Source of the DNA: Amoebophrya sp. A120
Lineage: Eukaryota; Protista; Dinoflagellata
NCBI GenBank assembly: GCA_905178155.1
Contig: CAJINV010000023.1
Span: 524,289-588,288 of the forward strand
Length of the DNA: 64,000 nucleotides
Direction: 5' to 3'
Below are positions 48,501 to 61,400 of the stretch, piece by piece. The notes beneath the pieces are model-generated. The model made no database searches, was not told where the DNA came from, and saw only the letters and a program-made list of their open reading frames with translations. Position 1 is the stretch's first letter, and the number at the start of each line of letters is the position of its first letter. The translations under genes and the position numbers were made by a program.

Positions 48501-49928
48501 TCGGGTATCAAATGCAAATATCTTCCCTGGATGTCTGGATGATCAAACATGGATGCCAGGTTTATTGTCATGCATATGTAGCTGCATGACCCATCACGCT
48601 AGTAATGCATGACGTAGCATCACAGATTTTTAGAACCCTTCCTGATGCCTATCCCGCAAATGAAATATGCCCTCCCCGCGAAGCACAAACTGCCAACTCC
48701 TATTACAGCAGTGTTTTATGCAATACAGATTTTTTTAGGTTGCAAAGACAGCATCGCAAGTTGCACCCTTCTCCAGGGGTCCAGACATAATTTTTGCAGT
48801 TGATATCGGGTGGGATACGACAACTGGCTCGTCGATCGCGCGTTTCACGCGCACCCAAAAGTTGCCTTGATAGACATCGCCCCCTCCTGTCCCATGATCC
48901 ACCAGAATGGCCGGTTTGGCGGTAGCGAGGGGTGGCACGGCCACAACAAAAAGGACCTGCTGGTCAACTACAAACTTGCTATTGCGAGGAAGCATTCTCT
49001 CTCCCCATATGGACCGTTTTTGACAATGTGTATTGCTGATATGAGCCCACCAATCGTCTCTGTGTTGCATGAAGGCTTTTCCACGGGCTCCGCCGCATTC
49101 TACAGGCGGCTTGTCATGCTGTTGCTCCTACAGCGTAGACGTCTGTCATGCTAAGCGCCTAGGAACAAAACCTCTCCGCTCCGGCTTGCTATGGGCCTGC
49201 GGTCCTCGTTAGCAAGACAAATCTGATTTGTGTACGCAAATCCAGCACGAGAAACTTATGAAGAGGGGGGATTTTTCATTCTGATACTTGCCGCCCGGCA
49301 CGCCAAGGCCAACCACGAACCCGGACACTACTTTGCGCACGGCAGCACCGGGCTATGCCAGAAAAAAACTCTGTGAGTGTAAGTCTGTGATGCAGAAAAT
49401 GCAAAACTGTATACTCTTGTCATGCTGGATCAGGATCTACTGCGTAGTTAGAGGCTACTTTCCTACGTGTTTCCACCTACTAGCTGCGCATGACAAGTAG
49501 TTTTCCCTGTAATGCAAAGCGACTTTGTGATGCTGCTCTTCCTTACAAAGTTACACTTACACACTTCTTTTCCTGGATATGGGCTCGCCCGAAAACGCAC
49601 CTGCATCGACGATATCAAATGCAAAAATGTCTGGGTCTGGAAGATTCTCAGACTTGTCATGCACGGTTTGCATGAGCCATGATGTCTGTGATGCATGCCA
49701 TAGTATCACAGGACTTTTGACGAGGGATTCTTGATGCCTATCCCGCATGACAAATGCCCTCTCCGCGCAGCAAAAACTAGAATCCTTTTGCTGCTCATGC
49801 AACACAAATTTTTTAGACATCTTCCAAATGCAGCATCACAAGTCGCATTCTTCCAGACCCAGACACTTTTGCATTTGATAGACGAAGTGACGGAGAGTGT
49901 CATTTTTTGTAAGAAAAAGAAGCAATAA
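45564..49928 (+). CDS. Type II membrane glycosyltransferase-like protein (11 element-introns)
   Basis: Joined exons: MTAATPQLRPPGVCVAVGIWFLLVYFS (anchor), S/T/P-rich stem, then FTYVNSDIL..FLAVGIRRN..AQDYFV..WDWNRIPEFQIGRVGYDNWLVDRA..IDIAPSCPMIHQ..KQ*. The ORF is solid. The GT-A-like assignment rests on the NSDI and GR..yDNW motifs only. Confidence 0.65.
47346..47562. mobile_element. Introner/MITE family G (representative copy)
   Basis: TIR TATGCAAGAAAAAAACTGTGTAAGTGTAA ... TTACACTTACACAGTTTTTTTCCTGGATA, TSD AACTC. Other copies at 21335, 23267, 36420, 48000, 49354, 55069. Confidence 0.88.
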
Positions 49929-50766
49929 ATAAAAGATATTAAACAGCTGAATACCATAAGGAACAGCCTCGATCTGATTGGAATGAATGACTAAGAACAA
50001 CCTTAATAACCTTTCTAGTCGTAATATCACGAGAAAAAAGTGTTACAGTTACACATTTGTTGGATGTTCTGCATCACAAATTTTCTCTGTGTGGCAGAGA
50101 AAACTTGTAATGCGAAGATCATAAGAGAAAACAGGAAGGCAACGAGGCTCCCAAGCATTGCCTGCATGAGGGACGTTGTCTGTGGTGCCGTTCTTGCAAC
50201 ACAATGTGTAACTGTAACACTTTTTTCTTGCGATACGTAAAGATATTTGAAATACTGTACAACGCGTACAAGTGGTTGTCCTCGACGCCACGCATGTATC
50301 CTGAGTAAAAACGTACCCACACCAGAGTCAGGATGGGGATTTTGCAACACAAACCTAGGAGCTTTGTGAGTCACGCATGACAAGTTGCACTCTGCAGTGT
50401 AGTGCAGGTTAGCAAGTGCAGCCGCATCACAGATTCATCTGCTCATCCTGTTCACAGCATCACAAATTCCGAATGTCGGTGCGGTTGTTTTAGCATCACA
50501 AATTCCGAAACACGATGGGGGTGCGCGTTACAAGTCTTCCTATCTTTGCAAATCTGCATTACAACTCTGGTGTGTGTACGTTTTTACTCAGGATAGCATG
50601 TAATTGATGTTTATCAATCAAGTACACATCTTACCTCCTATTTCTGTGTCTGGAAAGTAAATAAGTCCGCAGAAGTTTGATGCCATGGAGATTTTCCATG
50701 CCCTACGAGGAAGTCTGGGATGTAGTTGCAGGGTGTAGTTGTACTAGCATCGGTCATAGATTCGCG

Positions 50767-50945
50767 CGGCCACTACTCAGCGCAGCACGGCAATACCGCG
50801 CTCGCCCGAAAACGCACGTGCATCGACGAAGCGATGGAGAGTGTCACTTTTTGTCTTCCTGGTGCTCGCGGGAAGTAGAAAAAGAAGCAATAAAACAGCT
50901 GCAGCGCCTCATAACAGCCTCGATCCGATTGGATGGAATGATTTT
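50767..50945 (+). pseudogene. Element-free duplicate of the 3' end of the 45564-49928 gene
   Basis: Reads GHYSAQHGNTALARKRTCIDEAMESVTFC, against GHYFAHGSTGLARKRTCIDEVTESVIFC in the gene. Similarity continues into the 3' UTR (aaaaagaagcaataa..aacagctg..aacagcctcgatc.gattgg). Both elements (49354-49579, 49613-49880) are absent. Confidence 0.85.
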
Positions 50946-51173
50946 GACCCTTAACCTTGAATATTTACGCGGAGGAGGCTGTATTGAGGTGTATATTAAC
51001 GGAGGAGGACGTGGTAGCTATAGTACTTTGCGCGATTCATTCTGAAGCCGCCAGGGCTGACTGAGATGTTGAGTCTCGGCTCGCTTTCTCGTCGTCGTCC
51101 CACTTGTTCTTTTATGATTTTACTTCCCGAACATGAGCAAGCTTCTGAGGCTCACCACTAAAAAAGCGGGCGG

Positions 51174-52316
51174 TGTTCATCTTTCTCCATGCTTCGGTCC
51201 CGATTGGTTCTGGTTGAGTAACTACAGGACGGCATTTTGTGTAGGCTGAGATAGCTAGTCTGAATGCAGGGACAGGGGGGGCCTGCCCATCGGCTGCGTC
51301 ACGGATTCGTCCTGAGCGCTTTGGCCTCGAGATGCGTGACAGGTAAGTCCTCCGCCGCGGCCTTGGCGTGTCGAGAAGTAGTTCAGGATATGGCAGCGCA
51401 ATTCTGACTGCTCGCACAAGGGCGGCAGTCTCAAACGAGCATGGCCACGGGACCTGGCGCACTATAGCTTCGAAAGAAGTACTCTGTGAGGCGCGGACAG
51501 TGTAGGCGCACAGAGCCAATAAAGTCGCCCGCTTTAGTCCGGGCCCGATTGTGTAACGCCCGTCCTTGCCGGGTTCGCGTGATCATTTTTCCTGACATTG
51601 CTTTTGAAAAGCTGCAAACTTGCGGAAGCAAAAAGGAGGCGGGCCCCCCCTTGAGGGGGGGGGTTTGGGGGACCCCCCTTCGTGGAGATACTAAGGGGGA
51701 GTACCCTTCTGAGGAGGCCCAAAAAGGGGGGGGGGTTTGGGGGTGTTTCTGGGGTACCCTCTGGGGGCTTTTGTTTGCTTCCGGAGACGCAAAATGTTTT
51801 TGCTCTTTGTAAAACAACCGGGGCTGAAAAGCGCTGGCCCGAGACCAAAACCCGAAGTCGTGGCGTATCCGCGGCGCCTAACTCATTGGGGCCGTCGCGC
51901 TTAGCTTTGAATTGTTTGACAACCGGACGTGGCCACCTGTTTTGCCTACCGGGACAAAGGCCGGCTGTTTGCCACGACCCGCGGCACAGACGGCCTCAGC
52001 CTGGCTGCGTAATTCTTTTATCCGACCAGCGCCATTCCATACTGTGTCTGTCCGGCTCCTGCGCCTGCCGTCACAGACCGGACCCGGGACGCAACCGGCG
52101 GCAAAGTCCGTCCTGTTCCTGCATGCAGACCAGCAAATTTGACATGGGCATAAAGCCGCAGCGCTCACGCGTGAGATAGTCGCCGCTGAGACGATATCTA
52201 CTTTTCGCGCTGGGTGATTCGCATGCCCAAAAAAAAAGAAGTTTCGAAGCAAAAAGTTTCTGCCATCGCCATATGTTCATCTTTCTCCATGCTTCGGTCC
52301 CGATTGGTTCTGGTTG
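51174..52316. repeat. Perfect 43-bp direct repeat pair 1100 bp apart
   Basis: TGTTCATCTTTCTCCATGCTTCGGTCCCGATTGGTTCTGGTTG at 51174-51216 and 52274-52316. Confidence 0.85.
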
Positions 52317-52448
52317 GGACCACATTTGTCGCCAGCTTCTTGTTTTTAGTACACTTAGGAACTTAGATAGAAGGAACAGTTGTGCGGTAAGTACATGATA
52401 GTATGCTAAGTAAAGAGTAGGTAAGTAGCCGAATTAGAAAAAGATTAG

Positions 52449-55400
52449 ATGGGGAGCAGCGACGCAGCGGCCACCGACGCCGCCAGCTATGAACTGCAAA
52501 TATGTCTGGGTCTAGGAGATTGCGAGACTTGTCATGCTAGTCTGGCATGACTCTGAGCTTTGTATTGCGCGGCCGCAAAGAGCTCCTGCTCTTGCCTGTA
52601 ATGCAGAAACGCAGGTTCATCTCATGCGGAGTACGCAACTCAGAACCACGGAAATAAAACTTGTCATGTTTAGCAGCGCATCAGAGTGTGCTCACTATTT
52701 CCTTTCTTGCATCACAAATCTCCAGACCAAGACCACGTATTTGCATTTGATACCAGCGTGGTGACCACAACGACAGCTGCTAGCAGTCATTATGACAGTG
52801 CACAACCCCCCCTCCCCCTCATTTGTATAGCATGAACGGCAATACAAGCATGCATCAGCAAGAGTGCCTGTTTTGCATGACAAATTTCAACTGCATTGTA
52901 GTGCTATTTGGGCTATCAGAACTTCTCATGCAAGCAGTGCCAAAAGAAAAAAGGTGGACTGGGTATTTTGCATGACAAATGAGGGGGAGGGGGAATTGTG
53001 CACTGTCATAGTCATCATGCCGAGGATACAACACTTCTCGCGGACAAAACTTCTACCAGCGACTATCCCGTGTAAAATAAACGTCCCTACCCCAGAGTTG
53101 TCATGCAGATCTGCAAGCACAAGAGCATTTGTAATGCGCATTCGCATGATAGCTAGGCATTTCCGATCATGTTTTGGAACTTGCAATGCTGTAAACAGGA
53201 TAAAAGGCAGATGGATTTGTAAAAATGCGACTTCCCTCTGCTAAACTGCGCTACAATACAGCCTGCAACTTGATGTCATGCGTGCCTCCCAAATCCTTGC
53301 GGCTTTTGTTGCAAGATCCCCATCTTGACTCTGGGGTGATGTGGGCCCCGTTTTTCCTTCGGATAGCGACGCGGCCATGATTACGACCAGTAAACTATTG
53401 TGAGGAAAAATCCACCCTCCCCATATTGAAAGGGTATGTTTTCGAAAATTTGTGTTGCTGATTTGAGGTCACAAGTCAGATTTGTCTTGCAAGAAGACAA
53501 GGGCAGAAGCTTCCTCCCTATTATGGAAGCGGCTTTTCATGCTGTTGAGCCTAAAGGGGAGCCGTTTGCCATGCTGAACAACTAGACCCATGCGCCCCTA
53601 CCTAGCCAGGGGATCTGGCCGCAATGTCTCTCTGCAATACATAGCTGATTTGTGTACACAGATCCAGCATCAGAAATTCCGTTTTGATGTGGGGAGGGGG
53701 AGTTTTTCCTTTCAATATAAACCGGTGCTGGTCGGTGCCGGCGGAGGCGATGCTGTCCCACCTGCTGCTAGCTCTCCTCATATCAACTGTAAAAATATGT
53801 CTGGGTCTGGAAGATTCTGACACTTGTCATTGCATGAGCCATGACGTCTGTGATGCATACCCTAGGAATACAGATTTTTTGAGGGCTTCTTGATGCGTAT
53901 TCCGCATGACAAATGTCTTCTCAGCGTAGCAAAAATTGCACTTCCGTTGGTACTCGCGCAATACAGATTTTTTTGGAATCCAAATGCAGCATCACAGGCT
54001 GCATTCTTCCAGACCCAGACATTTTTACATTTGATACCTCAGCAAGAGCTGCAAAAAATGAAAGCGACAACGACCCCCGCAGGGACGAGTACTAGTAGCT
54101 CAACATCTGTTGGTATCACAGGAAAAAAGTGTTACAGTTACACATTTGTTGGAGTTTCTGCATCACAAAGTTGCTCGAAATGGCACAGAAAACCTGTGAT
54201 GCGCAGACTTTAAGGGAAATAAACACGTACGAAATAAATTTCAAAAAGTTAGCAAGCATTTCCGGCATGACAGAGGTTGTCTGTCTTGCTTGTCTTCCAT
54301 GAGAGTGTGTAACTGTACCACTTTTTTCTCAGGATAGTTGGAGTGGTCATTTTCGGCGCGCTGGGGATGTTGGGGATCTTATCCTGAGTAAAAACGTCCC
54401 CACCTCCCCAGAGTTGTCATGCAAATCTGTATGGTAAAAATGCTTCTCATGCGGAGCCCCATCATGAGAGGCATTTTTTAGTCGTGTTTCGCAATTTGTC
54501 ATGCTCCAATCCGCATGTTGTGCTGGATCTGTGATGCTGCTGCACTAGCTAAACAGGATCACACTATGAGGCCAAATTTGTCACGCAAAACTCGAAGAAA
54601 ACTTGGGGATTTGTCTTGCAGACTACTTCCCATCTTGACTATGGAGGTGTGGGGATTGTTTTACATGTGATAGATGTACGTTGCCCGAGTCTTGGAGAAA
54701 ATGAACGTGAGCTGCAAGAGTATTACAATGAAAAATGCCCCCTCCCCATATCAAAACGGGAATCTGTGATGCAGATTTGGGGTCACAAATCAGCTTTGTG
54801 ATGCTAGAAGGCAAAAGATGCGGACTGTAGTGCTGTCTAGCGTGGGAAAGCCTTGCAGCTCCAGGATGACAGGAGGCAACTGGAAGTGGGAAACAGCATG
54901 ACAGATTGCCTGCAATTTAGGCCGCAGCTTCGTCTCTTGGCCTTCTAGCAATACAAGTCGATTTGTGTACTCAAATACAGCATCACAAATTCGCGCATCT
55001 TCCGTTTCCGATATGGGGTGGGGGCTTTTTTCACTTTGATAAAGAGCAAGGAGAAGGTCGTGGAACAATATCCAAGGAAAAAACTGTGTTAGTGTAACTT
55101 TCTTTGGCTGACAGCATCACAAATTTGCTCTACATGACAGAGAAAACCTGTCATGCGTGCCTTATATTATAAGGGAAAACACACATGAAAAGCGAACTTC
55201 ATGGTTGTGTGGCATGACAGGTGTAACTCTGTTGCATGTTCTGCATCACAGAGTTACACTTACACAGTTTTTTTCTTGCATAAACAAATGTCTACTGAGA
55301 CAACTACTCACGAGGCTGTCGAGGCCCCCGTCGAAACCACCACCTACTTGGCTGGGCGCGGAAAATTTGACATCCTGTCTGCCGACTGGGCGGCGCTGGA

Positions 55401-58400
55401 GCGGTATCTCCGCGAAATCGTCGACCGACACGCGAAAGTGCTTGTCGTCAATTGCGCCGGCGTGACGCCGAAGGATTTTTTGGCTGACAGTGCGCAGGCC
55501 GTGCTGGTAAACAGTTGCTTTCCCTTGAAACTCGCGGAGATAGTGAACGCGAAACTCGACGGACGGGCGCAACTGGTCCACATTTCCACCGACATCGCCT
55601 CGGTCACGTCGTCTGGCGAGGCGCTCCGCGTGTGCCAGGACGCTTTATCAAATGCAAATATGTCTGGGTCTGGAACCTGTATCGCGTGTTTCGCATTCCT
55701 AAAAAATCTGTATTTTTGTAGAAGCAGCAAATAAAGCACCACACTTTCGCACATGCAAAAACGCAGTTTGTAATGCTTCCTGCGCATGAAAGAGCGTTGG
55801 AAAAATTTGTCATGCGGCTCTGCACTCCAAGGCACAGTCACTCTTCATGGCCATTCAGCATTACAACTTTCCAGACCCAGACTTTTTTGCAATTCATGCG
55901 CTTCGACCCCGAACCATTTTTACCGGCTCACGAAAATCCTCGGGGAACCCGTATCACGAGAAAAAAGTGTTACAGTTACACACTCGGATGGAAGACAAGC
56001 AAGACAGACAACCTCTGTCATGCAGGAAATGCTTGCCAGCCTCATTTCATTCGTGTTTTCCCATATAGTCTGCGCATCACAGGTTTTCTCCGTCACACAG
56101 AGAAAATTTGTGATGCTGAAATTCCAACAAATGTGTAATTGTAACACTTTTTTCCTGTGATAACCCGGGGGCGCGCAGCACTCCGCGGCCATGATTGTCC
56201 GAACCTCGTTCGTACCAAATGCAAACATGTCTGGGTCTGGAAAAATGCAACTTGTGATGCTGAATTTGGATTGGATTCCAAAAAAATCTGTATTGCATGA
56301 GCAGCAAAGGGAACGCAATGCTTGCTACGCGAGTAGGGCATTTGTCATGCGGAATAGGCATCAAGAAGCCCTCAAAAAGTCTGTGATGCTAGGGCGTGCA
56401 TCACAGACGTCATGGCTCATGCAAAATGTGCATGACAAGTCTCAGAATGTTCCAGACCCAGACACTTTATTTGCATTTGATAGTTCGTGGGAGAGGAAGC
56501 CTTCAACCGGAAGTATCGCGAGGAAAAATTCCCCCTCCCCATATCGAAACAAGAAAATTTGTGATGCTGGTTTGTGACCACATAAACTCAGCTTTGTCTT
56601 GCGTACAAGGCAAACGGCACCCATATGTACAGCGAGCCTGTCATGGGTTTTCCCCTATCCTATTTAGAAACGTCCCCACCCCATAGTTGTAATGCAAATC
56701 TGCATGCCGAAAATGTTTCTCATGCGGAGCCCCATGAGAAGCATTTTCCAATCGTGTTTTGCAATTTGTCATGCTCCAATCGGCATGGTATGCTAGATCT
56801 GTGATGCTGCTGAGCTAGCTCAAACAGCACTACACTACGAATCCAAATTTGTCATGCAAAACAGCCAAAGCTTGTGGATTTGTCTAGCCGATTCCCCAAC
56901 TTGACTATGGTGTGGGGACGTTTTTACTCAGGATATCCCCTATGTCAGACTTATTTCTCCTGCTCAGCCGCTAGCCGGATGAGTTGTAGTACCCAAATGG
57001 GCTTAGAATATGCCGACAAGCTGCTCCTGCCGCAATACAAAGCTCATTTGTGTACACAAAGAATCTTCCAGCAACACAAATTGTCTTTGGAGTATGGAGT
57101 GGGGGCTTTTTTCAATTTGATAGGCAGCACCTCCTGGAGTGGCTGAAGCGGTCGAGTGGCACGGAGATCCAGGGTATGAATTGCAAAAGTGCTGTCTGGG
57201 TCTGGAAGAATGCGCGATTTGTCGTGCAGCTTTTCCGTGACCCATGAGGTCTGGAATGCAGGACCTAGCATGACAGATTCTGTGCGATCTCTCTCATGCA
57301 TATCCTGCATGAGAAACTTCCTCCCGACTTGGTCAAAACTGGACGACTTTCGGTAATCATGCAACACAGATTTTTGCATGCTTCAGACTTAGCATGACAA
57401 GTTCCATGATTCTTTCCAGAGGACCCAGACATTTTTGCAATCCATACAGGGCTACCGGGATCAGTTCTGGAGCGGTACAACCTGTTTGAACGTGGTATTC
57501 CCAGGAAAAATGCCCCCAACCCCGAATCGTTGGGAGCTGCATTTGTATTGCAAACCTTTCCAAATGAAACATTCTCCCTCTACTTGCATCTATCAGCATC
57601 ACAGGTTACTTATTTCCCATCGAGAATAGAAAAAATTTGTATTGCAAAAGACCCTAGAGAGAGCGGCGCTTCTCATGCAAGCGATGCGAGGATACACGCC
57701 GAGACTCTGCATCAGAAAGATTCATACTCCTTTCATGCATGACAAAAAGTTTTCATTTGGAAACCTCGCATCTTCACAAATTTTTGCAATTTCAGGGGTG
57801 GGGGCATTTTTCACTGTAATACGTGGCCCGTTTTGTTCGCGACCTGGCCGTCGGCACGGAACCCTTCCGCCCCGGGGTCTTGCGGCTCGAGTATCCAATG
57901 TAAGAATGTCTGGGTCTGGCAGATTGCGAGGTTTGTCATGCACATTTTGCATGACTCCTGATGTCTGTGATGCATGCCCTAGCATCACAGATTTTGTGAG
58001 GGCTTCCTGATGCCTATACCGCATGACAAATGCTCTTTCCGTGTAGCGAAACCTGGACTCTCATCTTTGCTGCTCATGCAATACAGATTTTTTTAGAATC
58101 CAAAATCAGCATGACAAGTTGGATTCTTCCAGGAGACCCAGACATTTTTACAGTTGAAATCGGGGGCCAGCACACACTGTCCAAGTTCGAAGTCTGCAAG
58201 GCCATCAACGAGGCTTTCCATTATCCTCAGTAAAAACGTACCCACACCAGAGTCAAGCTGGGGATCTCGCAACACAAATCGAGGAGTTTTGGGGGTCCAG
58301 CATGACAAGTTCGTCTCTGTATTGTAGTGCAGTTTAGCAAGCACAGCCGCAACACAAATCCATCTACTCATCCTGTCGACAGCATTACAAAGCGCAAAAC

Positions 58401-61400
58401 GCGATTGGAAATGCCTCTCATGTGGATGCGCATTACAAATCTTCCTGTAGCTGCAAATCTGCATGACAACACTGGGGTGGGTACATTTTTGCTCAGGATA
58501 TCCATCTCGGGATAGACATTACGGAGGCCAACGCGCCGTTGCACCAACTCTCCCACCAAACAGAAAAGGAGATGGGGGAAACGAAACCAGGCGTCGAAGT
58601 GAAACGCATCGGTATTACAGTGACAAATGCCCCCACCCCCAAAGTTGCAATAATTTGTGATGCGAAGTTCCCAAATAAAAACTTTTTGTGATGCATGAAA
58701 GGAGTATGAATCCTTCTGATGCAGAGTCTAGGCTTATATAGTAGCATCGCTTGCATGACAAGCCCCGCTCTTGCTGGGATCTTTTGCAATACAAATGCTT
58801 GTCAACATCACGGTTGCAAATCTGTGATGCTGATAGATGCAAGAGGGCGAGCGTTTCATTTGGAAAGGTTTGCAATGCAAATGCGTCGAAGTTCCGGGGT
58901 GGGGGCATTTTTCATTGTAATAATCGGCACGGATTCCTTCTTGAAAGATGTGACGGAGATGCGAGAGTTTGTATCAAATGTAAAAATGTCTGGGTCCGGA
59001 AGATTCATGCTGTTTTTGCATGACACAGAAGGTCTGGCATGGAAGCTCTAGCATCACAGGTTTCGAGAAGCTTCCGCAATGCCGAACCCGCATGAGAAAT
59101 CCCCCATTTTGGTGACAGAAAGTGGGCAGCTTTTGCTACCTATGCATGAGAGATTTTTCTGTGTTCGAAAATGCGCATCACAAGTTCGGATCCTTCCAGA
59201 CCCAGACATTTTTGCATTTGATAGTTTGGCGTCTTCGACAAGGGTATGGATTGCGAAAATGTCTGGGTCTGGAAGATTGCAACTTGTCGTGCTGTTTTTG
59301 GATTCCAAAAAAATCTGTATTGCGTGACCAGCAACAGGACTCCAGTTTGTGTTACGCGGAGAGGGCATTTCTCATGCGGAACAGGCATCAGCAAGCCCTC
59401 TAACTACAAGCTGTGATGCTAGATCATGCATTACATGCGTCGTGGATCATACGAAAGACGCATCACAAATTCCGGAATCTTCCAGACCCAGACATTTTTA
59501 CATTTGATAAAGGGCGACTTTACCGTGCGCGACCAGTGCCGTTTTTGCCCGCCGGAAACCAAGCAAACGGTCCGGGATATCCTGAGTAAAAACGGGGCCC
59601 ACACGACACCAGAGTCAAGATGGGAATAATTCTGCTAGACAAATCACCCAGCTTTGGTTGTTTGGCGTGACAAGTTTGATGTCCTCGTAGTGTAAAAATC
59701 CTGTTATTTTAGGTAGGTCAGCAGCATCACAGATCTAGCATAGCGTGCTGATTCTACCATCACAAATTCCACAACACGAATAGCGAATGCTTCTCATGGG
59801 GCTCCGCATGGGAAACTTTTTTGGCATGGAGATTTGCATGACAACTCTGGGCGGGTGGCGACGTTTTTACACAGGATACGGGAAGTGTTCCACTTAGCGG
59901 ACGTCGGCCTGGCCGGCGGTATCAAATGTAAAAGTGTCTGGGTCTGGAAACTTGTGATGCTAGAATGTGGATGATGGAAACACTTCCGAATGCAGCCCAG
60001 CATGACAACTTTCCAGAATGCTTTCTCATAGGAGGTCCGCATTAGAAACTGCGTTTTTGCATGACAATAGTGGCTGCGTCCTTTGTTGCTTATGCAATAC
60101 AGATGTTCCAGTAATTTAAAGCTAGCATTACAGGTTCCGACTTTCCAGACCCAGACATTTTTGCATTTGATAGGCGGGTTTCTCAGCCGGCGGGAAGACG
60201 TTTTGTACGAAAAGCTGTACCCCCTTAGCCTGTGCAAAAGAAGTATCGTATTCGTATTGCAGTCATGCATTACAAATCTTTTTTCCGAGGTAAATCCGCA
60301 TTCCAAATTTTATTTCTCATGCTGCGGAAATAATTTGTAATGCATCTATACAAGTATCGGATGCTTTTGCAGTTCATACCCCTGTATCAAATGTAAAAAT
60401 GTCTGGGTCTGGAAGAATTGGAACTTGTGATGCTGACTTTGGTCTCTAAAAAAATCTGTATTGCATGACCAGCGACAGGAGTCTAGTTTGTGCTACGCCG
60501 GGAGGGCGTTTGTCATGCGGAATAGGCATCAGGAAGCCATCTCAAAATCTGGGATGCTAGGTCATGCATTACAGACATCCTGGGTCATGCAAAACATGCA
60601 TGACAAGTCTCAGCATCTTCCAGACCCAGACATTTTTACAATCCATACCCCGACCGTGCTGTTTTGCGAGCAGTCCAACACGGCTTGGATCCGCGAAGTG
60701 GTTCCGCATATCCTATGTAAAAACGTCCCCACCCCATAGTCAAGACGGAACCACGTCTCTATATGTGGCCACATTATAGTTATTTCCGTACTTCACCTAC
60801 GTCATTCTCTCCTTTTTAACTTCAACAAAGTTATAAACTTCTCTGTGCTTTAAATCTGGTCTTTTCCAGTACATAAAACACCCCATAGTCAAGATGGGGA
60901 ATCGGCTAGACAAATCCACAAGGTTTGGCTGTTTTGCATGACAACTTTGGCACCGTAGTGTAGTTCTGTTTGAGGTAGTGAAGCAGCATGACAGATCTCG
61001 CATATCATGCTGATTGGAGCATGACAAACTCCAAAACACTACTTAGAATATGCTTCTCATGGGGCTGCGCATGAGAAACATTTTCAGCATGCAGACTTGC
61101 ATGACAACTCTGGGGTCGTGGGGACGTTTTTAAATACGATACCGCAGGAGAATCTGTTCGTCAGCATCAACGGGGGCGCCGGGTACTTCTACTACTCGTC
61201 TACCATTCCCAGCCTGGTCACCCACTTCCGGGTATCAACTGCAATTATCGCTCTGACACGTCTGGACGGATGCAAGGTCGTTTGTCATGCACATCTTGCA
61301 TGACTTCTGACATCTGTGATGTATGCCCTAGCATCACAGATTTTGCGAGGGCTTCCTGATCCTGATGCCTATATTACCGCATGAGAAACAAATGCCCTCT

